Shown here: in pieces, positions 9,870 to 19,700 of the stretch
Layout of the letters: every line of letters begins with the position of its first letter
Numbering within the stretch: position 1 is the stretch's first letter
Source: a virus
DNA: 64,000 nucleotides
Virus record (IMG/VR): IMGVR_UViG_3300037108_000012
Location: 8,888 to 72,887 of that record
Reading direction: 5' to 3' (one strand)
Translations under genes and position numbers: made by a program
Notes under the pieces: generated by a model
What the model saw: only the letters and a program-made list of their open reading frames with translations
Databases searched by the model: none
What the model was told of the DNA's origin: nothing

Positions 9870-10781
9870 ATGAACGTTCCGCTTAAATCTCCATTTCCGT
9901 ATTTTGGAGGTAAGTCGAGAGTATCTTCTATAGTATGGGATAGATTTGGGGATGTTGCGAATTATGTAGAACCATTTGCAGGTTCCCTTGCAGTGTTGTT
10001 AGGTCGGCCTACGGAGCCAAAGATAGAAACAGTAAACGATCTTGATTGTTTATTGGCAAATTTTTGGAGGTCTCTACAGAACGATCCTGATGCGGTAGCG
10101 GACGCGGCTGATAGACCAGTAAACGAGGCAGATCAACACGCAATTCATTTATGGTTGGTGACACGAGAAGAGTTTCGTGAGCGAATGAAAACAGACATTG
10201 ACTACTATGATCCATTGATAGCAGGAAGATGGGTATATGGTCAGTGTACATGGATTGGATCGGGATGGTGCGCGGCAAAGCTACCGCATCTTGGGAACGC
10301 GGGACGCGGGGTGAACAGGCAGCTACCGCACCTTGGGGACGCGGGTGGAGAAACACGAGAGTACTTATTGCAATACATGAATGAACTAGCGGAACGCTTA
10401 CGCCGAGTGCGTGTATGTTGCGGAGATTGGTCAAGAGTAACTACTCCTTCTGTAACATTCAGGCATGGGACTACTGGTGTTTTTCTTGACCCTCCTTATG
10501 AAACAGGAAATTTACAATATGCGGCAGGAGGAATTGGAGAAGGGATATGTAAAGATGTTAGAGAGTGGGCTATTGATAACGGAAATAATAAGGATATGAG
10601 AATAGCCTTATGTGGATATGAAGGAGAATATGAAATGCCGGAATCTTGGGATTGTTTCGCGTGGAAGGCGCAATCTGGTTATGCAGCGACTGGAGGCATA
10701 GCAGAGGAAAATTCTAAGCGCGAAAGGATTTGGTTTAGTCCACACTGTTTAAGCGGTAAACAAATGGGTTTGTTTAGTTGA
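9870..10781 (+). CDS. DNA adenine methyltransferase (D12/Dam class)
   Basis: FPYFGGKS, YVEPFAGS, NDLD, FLDPPY. Confidence 0.92.
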   Translation: MNVPLKSPFPYFGGKSRVSSIVWDRFGDVANYVEPFAGSLAVLLGRPTEPKIETVNDLDCLLANFWRSLQNDPDAVADAADRPVNEADQHAIHLWLVTREEFRERMKTDIDYYDPLIAGRWVYGQCTWIGSGWCAAKLPHLGNAGRGVNRQLPHLGDAGGETREYLLQYMNELAERLRRVRVCCGDWSRVTTPSVTFRHGTTGVFLDPPYETGNLQYAAGGIGEGICKDVREWAIDNGNNKDMRIALCGYEGEYEMPESWDCFAWKAQSGYAATGGIAEENSKRERIWFSPHCLSGKQMGLFS

Positions 10782-11320
10782 ATTTATATCGGGATAGGAA
10801 AGAAAATGCACACAAAACACACTACTTTGACGACGGAAGAGGATAGTTTTCTATGAGACGATGGATCGAAAACGAGGATGACGATATAGTGGAGACTACT
10901 GCAAAGTGGTCTCCAGAGGCAAAGTGTTCCTGTCATAACAACGGAGAGCCTTACGATTTGCAAGGGATCATGGTAACGTCTTTGGACCCAAATTGCCGAG
11001 TTCATAAGAAGACTCTCAGTACGTACCCTATCGCTGCGAGTGTGGAACGTGTAGTGGGAAACTGGAATGGAATAGAAAAGTAAACATGGCGGCTATCTGC
11101 TCAGAGTGTCATAGATTCCGGTTAGATGGCAGGACGCTTTGCAAGTGCGGGGAGAGTAAACACACATACGCGATGATAACTTTGAATCTCAGATGTACAT
11201 GGTGCTTCAAGTTATTTACGTGGAAAGTTCGTGAAATGAATAGGATGCCAGAAGGTATCCGCAGATGTTGTTCAAACTCATGTGCTGCGAAGTTGAGGCA
11301 CTGGGAAGAGGAGAGGAAAA

Positions 11321-11716
11321 TTGAGCGAACTTCAGGAATGGTGCAAGGAAAACAATGTGAAGGTATCACCGCAAGTTAAACGTGCGGCTGATTTCCTTGA
11401 GAGCAAAGGATACGATTTTCTAGTAGACTTCGGGTATGAGAACGCAGAGAAAATAGCGAGGGAAAAGTACAACTTCAATGCTGTAGAGCCGAGTCGCAAG
11501 ACGTTGAACGGTATGGTACTTCGGATCATGCACGGTAATAGATGGATGACTCCTTGGGCTATCCAGACTAAGATTATACAGGGCGGTCATTTTGTCTGTG
11601 ATTCCTCTGTGAAGAGCCGTATTCGTGATCTTCGGTTGCCGGAGTACGGATGCCATTTGATTGATAAGCGCAAGATTGTGGACTCTAATGCCTATGAATA
11701 TCGTTTGGTGAGGTAA
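11321..11716 (+). CDS. hypothetical protein with winged-HTH-like C-terminus
   Basis: SSVKSRIRDLR...YEYRL pattern. Confidence 0.5.
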   Translation: MSELQEWCKENNVKVSPQVKRAADFLESKGYDFLVDFGYENAEKIAREKYNFNAVEPSRKTLNGMVLRIMHGNRWMTPWAIQTKIIQGGHFVCDSSVKSRIRDLRLPEYGCHLIDKRKIVDSNAYEYRLVR

Positions 11717-11719
11717 TAA

Positions 11720-12106
11720 ATGACCAATATTTCGACTGAAAACATATTTGATCTTGCGTCGTCTACAACTCGAACTGAAATAGAACGCCTATTATGCGGA
11801 ACAGGACTACATAACTGGATGAATGATTGGGATGAGGCTGCTGGTGATGTGAAATGTTTTGCGTGTGGTAAGAAGTCAGGTAGACCTTGGGTATACATAC
11901 TATCTTTAGATGCAAGTGTAGCTATATGGAAAATCGTCATGAACATCTACCCGGAGATACGGAAAGAGAAGATAGAGCAAGAAAAGAAAGATGAGTCTGA
12001 TTATAAAGAAAGATTGGAAAGGCGAACTCTTGCAGATTTAGAGATTATGCTATCTTTGAATCAGACCATGAATGATTTTTATATTGCATCAATCAAATCT
12101 AGTTAA
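11720..12106 (+). CDS. hypothetical protein
   Basis: 128-aa ORF with GAGG RBS. Confidence 0.5.
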   Translation: MTNISTENIFDLASSTTRTEIERLLCGTGLHNWMNDWDEAAGDVKCFACGKKSGRPWVYILSLDASVAIWKIVMNIYPEIRKEKIEQEKKDESDYKERLERRTLADLEIMLSLNQTMNDFYIASIKSS

Positions 12107-12120
12107 CGGGAGAGGATCAA

Positions 12121-12744
12121 ATGACAGACGAAAAAGTTGTGATGTATGACAGCGACGAAGCAGCGACTCGTGTTGATATGCCGGGTTGGAAATCACGTCT
12201 TGGACACTTCTATCCTGGTGACAATTCAAACAGTGAGCATGGGGCGCGGTGGTCTGGCTGTACGCATCAGAAGTGTTCTTGCGGAGCGATAATGTGGCGA
12301 GGAGAAACACGCTGCCGGTCGTGCCAATCGAAGATAGATAGCGAAAAGTATTATGCTTTGCCAATCGCCAATTGGGATGGTGTAACTCCTACTTGTGACG
12401 ATAAGAAAGATAAGTATTATTGGAGCAAAGACGAACTATTAGACGATATGTACTGGCAACTCGAAGAGGCACAGAAGCGTGGCGAGGAACCAGAGATGCA
12501 CGTAGTAATAGCAGAGCCTCATTATCTTCATGAATTAGATGGTAGTGAATGGGATGATGATCTTCCAGATAACGGAGACTATGATGGGATTCCTAGTGAA
12601 GTAGGAAAAGCGATAGATGCGCTCAATGAGGTTATCAAGGCGCAAGGACCGTCCTGTTGGTATCCGGGTAAGCATAGGATCGACATGGAGCCATTGTGGG
12701 CGCAGTTGAAAGAGGAACTGGCAAAGGAAAAGAAAGATGCCTAA
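12121..12744 (+). CDS. hypothetical Cys-rich phage protein
   Basis: GWKSRLG.FY, ARWSGCTH..C.CG, CRSC. Confidence 0.65.
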   Translation: MTDEKVVMYDSDEAATRVDMPGWKSRLGHFYPGDNSNSEHGARWSGCTHQKCSCGAIMWRGETRCRSCQSKIDSEKYYALPIANWDGVTPTCDDKKDKYYWSKDELLDDMYWQLEEAQKRGEEPEMHVVIAEPHYLHELDGSEWDDDLPDNGDYDGIPSEVGKAIDALNEVIKAQGPSCWYPGKHRIDMEPLWAQLKEELAKEKKDA

Positions 12745-13102
12745 AGCAAATAAACCAGTCAAAAAGTGGACCAATGCCTACCTAATGCAAGAGTTTCTAA
12801 GGTTGGACAAGAAGTTCTTTAGTGGTAAACTACCTATTCCTTTATCTTTAAGGTTTTGTCCGATAGACGGACTAGGGCATACGTTTAGGTATCGAACGGT
12901 AGGGAAACGGCGCAGCAATAATGATCGTTTTGGGATACAGATCAGTCCTAAACTACGGTTTTCAAAGAAATTATGGTATTCAACCCTTGTACACGAGATG
13001 GTACATCTTGAGCAACGTCTCAAGTATAGTTGCTATGGGAAGCGGTTCGATGATCGGATGAAAGAACTTGCGGCGGCAGGAATCTTCAAAGGAATCTGGT
13101 AG
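12737..13102 (+). CDS. SprT-like zinc metalloprotease
   Basis: FFSGKLP, TLVHEMVH; the usual downstream HG..F appears as YGKRF. Confidence 0.75.
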   Translation: MPKANKPVKKWTNAYLMQEFLRLDKKFFSGKLPIPLSLRFCPIDGLGHTFRYRTVGKRRSNNDRFGIQISPKLRFSKKLWYSTLVHEMVHLEQRLKYSCYGKRFDDRMKELAAAGIFKGIW

Positions 13103-13154
13103 TAGGGCTTGACATTTGCAAGCAGGGCGCATATAAACGATAAGAGAGGCAAGC

Positions 13155-13445
13155 ATGGGGCGGAACAAGAGAGTGATGGATACTGAAATAAAGGGAGAAA
13201 TGCAGTCTATTTCGGCTCAATGGAAGCAGCTTAGATTGGATCATGCTCTTACGCAGAAGTTCTTATCGGAGATTGTTGGGGTGAGCCGTAGGACGATCCA
13301 AAGTATTGAAAGCGGAGGAATTATACCCCAAGAGGGAACAATTGCGAAGTTTGAGGAATTGCGGAAGAAGTACGAGAAAAACAGGAAAATAAGCCGCAAA
13401 AGCCTACGGAAACCCAAAGACGAAGAGGACGAATACGAATTCTAA
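13155..13445 (+). CDS. XRE-family HTH regulator
   Basis: LTQKFLSEIVGVSRRTIQSIESG; promoter TTGACA(13109)-17-TATAAA. Confidence 0.85.
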   Translation: MGRNKRVMDTEIKGEMQSISAQWKQLRLDHALTQKFLSEIVGVSRRTIQSIESGGIIPQEGTIAKFEELRKKYEKNRKISRKSLRKPKDEEDEYEF

Positions 13446-13486
13446 CGGTATAATCACCAAACAGCAGGTTCAAAAAGGAGAAGTTC

Positions 13487-13963
13487 ATGGCAGAAGTAAA
13501 CATTGAAGGTCTTTCTGGGACTGAAATTATCGAAGATGTTCTCGATCAAATTCGTCGTAAACTCAAGTATTCATGTAATTTGAGGGACACAGACAGTTAC
13601 GGTCAAGGGTACTCAGGAACGGTTACAATCAACCTAAAAATGTATGCGATGGATACGACAGAAGACAATTTTACCGTCAATATCACTCCCAAGGGAGAGA
13701 TTCCTTCGTCTACAGAGTCAGTTATTGTTACTCCGTTCGATGTGGATGAGAAGCTGGAGATTCCGCAGGAGCTTGACCTTGAGGCTGTTCGAGAGCGTAG
13801 CAAGGTTCCTGAGCCACTGCCAGAGCCTAGCGAGGCTGATGGAGATTCCAGAATGCCAGCGCGACTCAAGAGAAAATACACGAGGCGCACAGGAGTCGCC
13901 TCGTTGGAGCAGACCGTAATCGGTGGTGGGGCGGTCGATCTAGAGAACGAACCGAATTTCTGA
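13487..13963 (+). CDS. hypothetical protein
   Basis: 158-aa ORF with AAGGAG RBS. Confidence 0.65.
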   Translation: MAEVNIEGLSGTEIIEDVLDQIRRKLKYSCNLRDTDSYGQGYSGTVTINLKMYAMDTTEDNFTVNITPKGEIPSSTESVIVTPFDVDEKLEIPQELDLEAVRERSKVPEPLPEPSEADGDSRMPARLKRKYTRRTGVASLEQTVIGGGAVDLENEPNF

Positions 13964-13985
13964 TGTATCCGACCATCAGAGAAAA

Positions 13986-14078
13986 TCCTGCGGCTCCTCG
14001 AAAGAGGGACAGATGCTCCGCCCGTACACGAGGCGCTCACATCGCAGCTAACAGTCCGATAAACGGGCAGCCGCAGGA
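13986..14078 (+). ncRNA. candidate structured RNA (three-way junction)
   Basis: tcctgcggct/agccgcagga 10-bp stem, cctc-GAAA-gagg, gcccgt/acgggc; intergenic. Confidence 0.45.
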
Positions 14079-14107
14079 ATTGAATTAATGGACCACCGGG
14101 AGAGATA

Positions 14108-14905
14108 ATGTCTGAAAGCGTAAGAGGATCGAACGGCGGGAACGCTCGTAAGGAAAAATTAACACCGGAGCAGCGTTCATCTATCGCCAAACTTGCTGCT
14201 CAAAAGCGGTGGGGGAAAACAAAAGAAGAGCCAGAAGATTTAGGATATTCTTATGTAAATTCAAAGACAGGAGAAACATCCGAACCATCTCCTACACCTA
14301 TCGTAATCAATGAATCTCCAAAACCTATTCCTTCTTCGTTTATCTACAAAGAAGATATAAAACCCATTACAGAGCATATTCCTGCGGCTCCACAGGCGCT
14401 ACGTGTAACTCCTTCGGAAAAGGGAAGGAAACGTGCCTCAAAGGAAAACCAAACAGTATCTAAAGTCTATAGACAAGCTCTTTCTACAGCAGAAAAAGAG
14501 TACGAAGAAACAGCGGAAAAACTAGCGTATCATGATGAGATGGCTGCACGTCTAAAGGCTAGAATGCCAAGGCTGATTCAAACCGTAGAGGCGCTACGAG
14601 GAACAATTGATCCTCAAGTAGCGATGCAATCGTATCCGATGCAATCATTTAATACGCCGATGCAAGATTTTTCCGATCCGGCTAGGATGAATCAACCGTA
14701 CCAACCAATGCCGACAATAGAACAGAATCCTATTGATCCTGCTTTGTACATGACAAACTCTAATCCATTACCAGGGTTAGTACCTGCGGCTCAAAATGCT
14801 CCTATGGTTCCTAATACGTCAGTAGGGGGAGCGATAGACTTGGATTATTCTCCAGTGGAAGATGAAGGACCAAAGTTGGCGAACATGGGCGGAGGATGGG
14901 TGTAA
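14108..14905 (+). CDS. hypothetical protein with N-terminal GG.AR..KLTPEQRS.IA..AA..RW basic motif
   Basis: motif recognition; Pro/Gln-rich C-terminus. Confidence 0.65.
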   Translation: MSESVRGSNGGNARKEKLTPEQRSSIAKLAAQKRWGKTKEEPEDLGYSYVNSKTGETSEPSPTPIVINESPKPIPSSFIYKEDIKPITEHIPAAPQALRVTPSEKGRKRASKENQTVSKVYRQALSTAEKEYEETAEKLAYHDEMAARLKARMPRLIQTVEALRGTIDPQVAMQSYPMQSFNTPMQDFSDPARMNQPYQPMPTIEQNPIDPALYMTNSNPLPGLVPAAQNAPMVPNTSVGGAIDLDYSPVEDEGPKLANMGGGWV

Positions 14906-15255
14906 AATGACCGAACAAGAGAAGAAAGCCGAATGTGAGCGTATTTGCGGAGAGTCTGGTAAGCGTGGGATGCACCAGATTGCTCCAGTGATGTGTCCTA
15001 TTAAAGAGGACGAATGGAAGCATCCTAAGCGCAAGAACGACTATCAGGGGGTAAATTGAAGACCAAACTTGAGACGATGATCGAGCTTGAGGATACTGTG
15101 CGTGCCGAGGTAACGGCGCGTTATCCAGATATGGACGCTGATTGGGCCGTAAAGCACTACATGGATCGGTTCTACGACAATAACAAGAAATTATCTGGAA
15201 TCATAGCGGCGATGGTTCCTGAGATCATTAGGTCGCAGATGGAGCCAAAGGAGGC

Positions 15256-15717
15256 GTGATGAGTGGAAACGAAGAGCGTCTTGCGTATGCTTTTGAACGA
15301 ATAGCTACAGCGTTGGAAGGGTTCAATGAAGAATTTAAGCAAGCAGGAACTCGATACTGGCCTAGACCAGGACAGCAAAAAGAAGCCGTCCTTAGCAGAG
15401 TCCCAACCGAAGAGGATAAAATCCGAGAGCGGCAAGGAACAGGAGATAATATCCCAATTGACGAATGGCTCACCGATATTGGAGACCCAGAGGGAGAAGC
15501 AGGAATCGTCGGAGAACGAAGCCGACAGTGGATTATCGACCATCACCCTGAAAAAGAAAAAGTCGTTGATGCCAGTCCCAAAGCTGTCAGCGTTGGAGAG
15601 CAGGACACTTCAAGCGTTGAAGAGGTTGAAGGTAAAGCCGGAAGCGTTGCAGTCATTACCACAGATAACCCCCATGTTGAAAAAAAGTCTCAAAGGCGGA
15701 CTAAGAACCGCTCTTGA
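15256..15717 (+). CDS. hypothetical protein
   Basis: AGGAGG RBS; ERIATALE helix; overlaps the next ORF. Confidence 0.55.
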   Translation: MMSGNEERLAYAFERIATALEGFNEEFKQAGTRYWPRPGQQKEAVLSRVPTEEDKIRERQGTGDNIPIDEWLTDIGDPEGEAGIVGERSRQWIIDHHPEKEKVVDASPKAVSVGEQDTSSVEEVEGKAGSVAVITTDNPHVEKKSQRRTKNRS

Positions 15718-16216
15718 GGCTATGCGTTTTGCAACGAACGATGAAGTGGTAGCGGATTTTCTGAGGGTTTACGATAAGATTCCTATTGGCGATAGGGACA
15801 GATTGCCATGGGAAGCTATAATGATAAAAGCCAAAGTGAATCCGATATACTTACTTGGTGCTATTCAGATGGCGGTGCAGACCTACAGTTGGAATAAGAG
15901 TAGGTTTCTAGCGGTATCGAGTCATCCTGAGATCACAAAGAATAGAATCAAGTTCGCAAAGATGGCTGGAGGCGTAAAGGACAGAGAGGCGTTGGATATA
16001 GTCAACGGATTTTTGCAATCGCCGAAAGGACCAACGTTTATTGGCAAGCAGGTTGCAGTATTTGGCGGTAATGGTGGTGGTCAGAGTAACAATGGTGGCG
16101 GTAATGTAGTGGACGCGGAAGTAGATAATGATGATGGGTTTGAGAATCTGTTTCCTAGTCCGAATGAGATTCAGGACAAACTTGTGCCAATCAGACAACG
16201 GTTGCTGGAGGGGTGA
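15326..16216 (+). CDS. putative terminase small subunit-like protein (start may be 15569)
   Basis: helical protein just upstream of TerL; function inferred from position. Confidence 0.4.
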   Translation: MKNLSKQELDTGLDQDSKKKPSLAESQPKRIKSESGKEQEIISQLTNGSPILETQREKQESSENEADSGLSTITLKKKKSLMPVPKLSALESRTLQALKRLKVKPEALQSLPQITPMLKKSLKGGLRTALEAMRFATNDEVVADFLRVYDKIPIGDRDRLPWEAIMIKAKVNPIYLLGAIQMAVQTYSWNKSRFLAVSSHPEITKNRIKFAKMAGGVKDREALDIVNGFLQSPKGPTFIGKQVAVFGGNGGGQSNNGGGNVVDAEVDNDDGFENLFPSPNEIQDKLVPIRQRLLEG

Positions 16217-16709
16217 TGGCTAATAGATCATTTGATGAGGATACTTCGTGGAGTAGGTCGGGTAAGAGTAAATTTGGTACTCATACTACGTATTACTCTA
16301 GGGCGGTAATCGTAGAGAATGGAAAGAAGTGTGGATTTTGCGCGTATGGAAATACCGTATTGGAAGCCAATGAACTCCTAAATTCTTTCCTGAGCGATAA
16401 ATGTAATTGTTGGACTCCCAAGACAAAAGAAATATGTCCAGTGCATAGAAAGGATAACGATTGATACGATTCATAGATTTAGGAAAACAGATAGCAACAG
16501 ACCCGCATGATCTTGAATGGTCGCGGGAGTTTTGCTTTTATGACACGTTGGAAGCTCATTTTGTTTCTTTTGATAACCGGCAAATCTTTGATTCGGTTGA
16601 TGATTTGAAAGACTGTCTGGACGAAAATGAGGTTGCATACGGGAGACGGATACTAGGGTTGCTTCCGTCGTGGGTTCCCAAGAGCACTAGGAGTTTAGCG
16701 AGGTAGATT

Positions 16710-19700
16710 TTGTATAGCGAAAAGATTATCGAAGCCAATCTTGACCTTTTTGAATCGAAAGAAGGTTGGCGACCAGTGCGCCATACCTTAGATCAAGTAA
16801 ACGAGTTTAAGTCATACGTAGATTCTGTAGTGAAAATAGGAAGTAACAGCAAAGGTTCATGGATTGAATCTGTCGCACCTATGACAGAGAAAAGAAGAAA
16901 AGAAATATCCCATTGGGTAGAAAACGAGCAGGTTCTTTGTGGCTTGGACAGCCTTTATTGGGAACTAAACTATGCGTATGTGTGTTGTCCAGCAGAAGCA
17001 CCAATATGGATGTCTGACTTTTCTTTTAAGCCTATCGGTGAAATAATACCAGGAGATGAAATTATAGGTTTTGAAAGAAAACCTTTGAAGAACACGCCTA
17101 ATGCCACGTTGAATTCGCGTGGTCGTCAACGCACCACGAAATTAGAGCACATTGTAAGAACTAAAGTTACATCGGTTCATAAATGTATACGTCCAATAAT
17201 TAAAGTAACGATGGAATCGGGAGATGTTATAAGATGCACACCAGATCATTTATGGTCTAGTGGAGAACATGACCGAAGTTTATATCCTTGGATAAAAGCT
17301 AGGATAGGTAAAACACTCAGAAAAATAGTTGATGTTTATCCAAACGATCCGCCTGATCCATGGACCGCTGCGTGGTTGGGAGGTATGTACGACGGAGAAG
17401 GATCACGAGGAATGATTTCGCAGTATAAGAGTCATAACCCAGAAGTTCACGCTAAACTCGTTGAATCAATGAAGATGTTCGACTTCAAACAAAAATTTAA
17501 GAGCGGTAAAAGTCACATCGTACAAGAGTATGTAGGGTGGAACGATTACTGTGTTCGCATCAATGGTGAATTAACAGGTAAAGCTAAATTCTTGTGCTGG
17601 TGCAAACCTGTAAGAGCATGGTCGATGGAGAAGCTAATATTTAAGTCAATGAGAGCTTTTGGAGATAAGGTTGTGAATATAGAACCAGATGGAGAAGGTG
17701 AAGTTTTTGCACTTACAACAGAAACAGGAAATTATATAGTATACGGATATGCAAGTCGAAATTGTGACGAAAAAGGGCAGATTTATAAATTTGCACCACG
17801 TATGTCTCAAAGGATATATAATTCCGTCATTGCGGATTTTGATGAGAAACAAGTGTCTATTGAACTCCTTATACTTAAAGGAAGGCAATTAGGGATCACT
17901 ACCCAAACTGCTTTGAAGTTTCTTCACAGAATGCTTTTCCTTCCACATACTCAGGCTATTATGGCCTCAGTTAAAGCGGAAGCATCGCAACTTATCTCAA
18001 GGATTATTGATACAGCGTATGAAAGGTGTCCATTTTGGTTAGTTCCGTACAGAACCCCAAAAAAGGGATTCTCTAATGGTTCGATTCTTTCTGTACAGTC
18101 AGGTATGCAAGCTACGGGACTAGCTCAAGGATGGACACCAAGTTGTTTAACACCAGATTCACTTATTCGTGTTGCTGATGGGTTTGTTAAGCCAATCTCC
18201 AGCATCACCGAAGATGATACTGTAATTACGCACACAGGGAAACTTGTGAAAGTAAAGGCAGCATTCAAAACGAAGCGTGAACCAGATGTGGCACGGTCAA
18301 TTAAATTATGGGGACATCACAGTAGTCTAAAATGTACACCTGAACACCTAATTAAAACTCCTGATGGGTGGGTAGAGGCCGCAGAGATAAGCGTTGGAGA
18401 TTACGTTGTTCACCCGTTACGAAAAATTACAGACGAAATAAAATCGTTTGAAACCTACCTTTATAGAAGAGGTAAAATACGAGAAGATAAGAAAATACGT
18501 TTTAACGTCAACCTTACATCAGGGTTAGGGTATCTGTGTGGTTTTTACCTAGCTGAAGGTACGTGCCACGGAACGACCACCGTGAATAAGAAGTATCTGT
18601 CAGAGGTCGTGTTTAGTATTCATGCAAACGAAATGGAAGACAGAGAAAGGTGTCTACGTAAGTATTTTGGAGAAAAACAAAATATCAATTCCAAAAAGAA
18701 GAATAAAGGAAACGGGGCAAGCATTACCGTAAGCTGTGCATGGTTCGCTAGATGGATAGCGGAAAACTTCGGCAGGACAGATAAGAAGACAATCCCTGAT
18801 TGGGTATGGAATGCCGGGAGAGAGTTTTGCCTTGGATTAGTGAATGGATATTTAGAAGGAGATGGATCAACCTGCGAAGATCGTAATATAGTTATTGCTC
18901 CTTCTATTTGTCAGCAGTTGATTCTTCAAATGCGAGATATGGTAGCGTCTCTTGGTATAGGATGGTCTTCAGTATACTTTAATCCGAAGGAGAAATCTAA
19001 GCACGATAAATCTGTTCGTAAGGACGTATGGAGATTAGCTCTTACTGGACCTACTGCTTATCACTATCGTTCAATGTTTGGATACTTTACTCAACCGCTA
19101 AAAAACGGAGAAGCACGTCATTGGCGCTATGGTGCAGATGGAGAAAGTGTAGAGATTATGGTTGAGTCGGCATTAAATGATTATGCCGATGAGTATTGGG
19201 ATATAGAAGTAGAAGACGAGGATCACTCATTCACCACAGATCAATGTGCAGTACATAACTGCGTTCACCTTTCTGAGATAGCGGACATCCCAGACCCTAT
19301 AAAAACAATCGAAGAGGGATTATTCCGAGCCGCTCACTCATCCAAGAACCTATTCATGGCTCTTGAGGGAACAGGAGGAGGGAGTACAGGGTGGCTTGCT
19401 GACACATGGAGAGCAGCTAAAGAAGATTGGCCTAAAGGACAATCAAGACTGTTCCCGATGTTTATTCCTTGGCCTATGTGTCCAGAGATTTATCCTCAAG
19501 AAGATTGGATTAGGAAATTTCCTTTAGAAAACAGTTGGAGACCAAGCGAAGTAACGCGAAGACATATTACACGCTGCGAGTCGTATATACGCAACACTCC
19601 GTACTTAGCGAGAGTGGCTGGTTACGATTATAGAATGCCGATTGAGCAGCAGTGGTTTTGGGAGTTCAATTATAATCAGGCTTGCAAGAATCATACGCAG

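Noticed and set aside
13960-14078. Hammerhead ribozyme
   Set aside because: No CUGAnGA core positioned with GAAA on either strand
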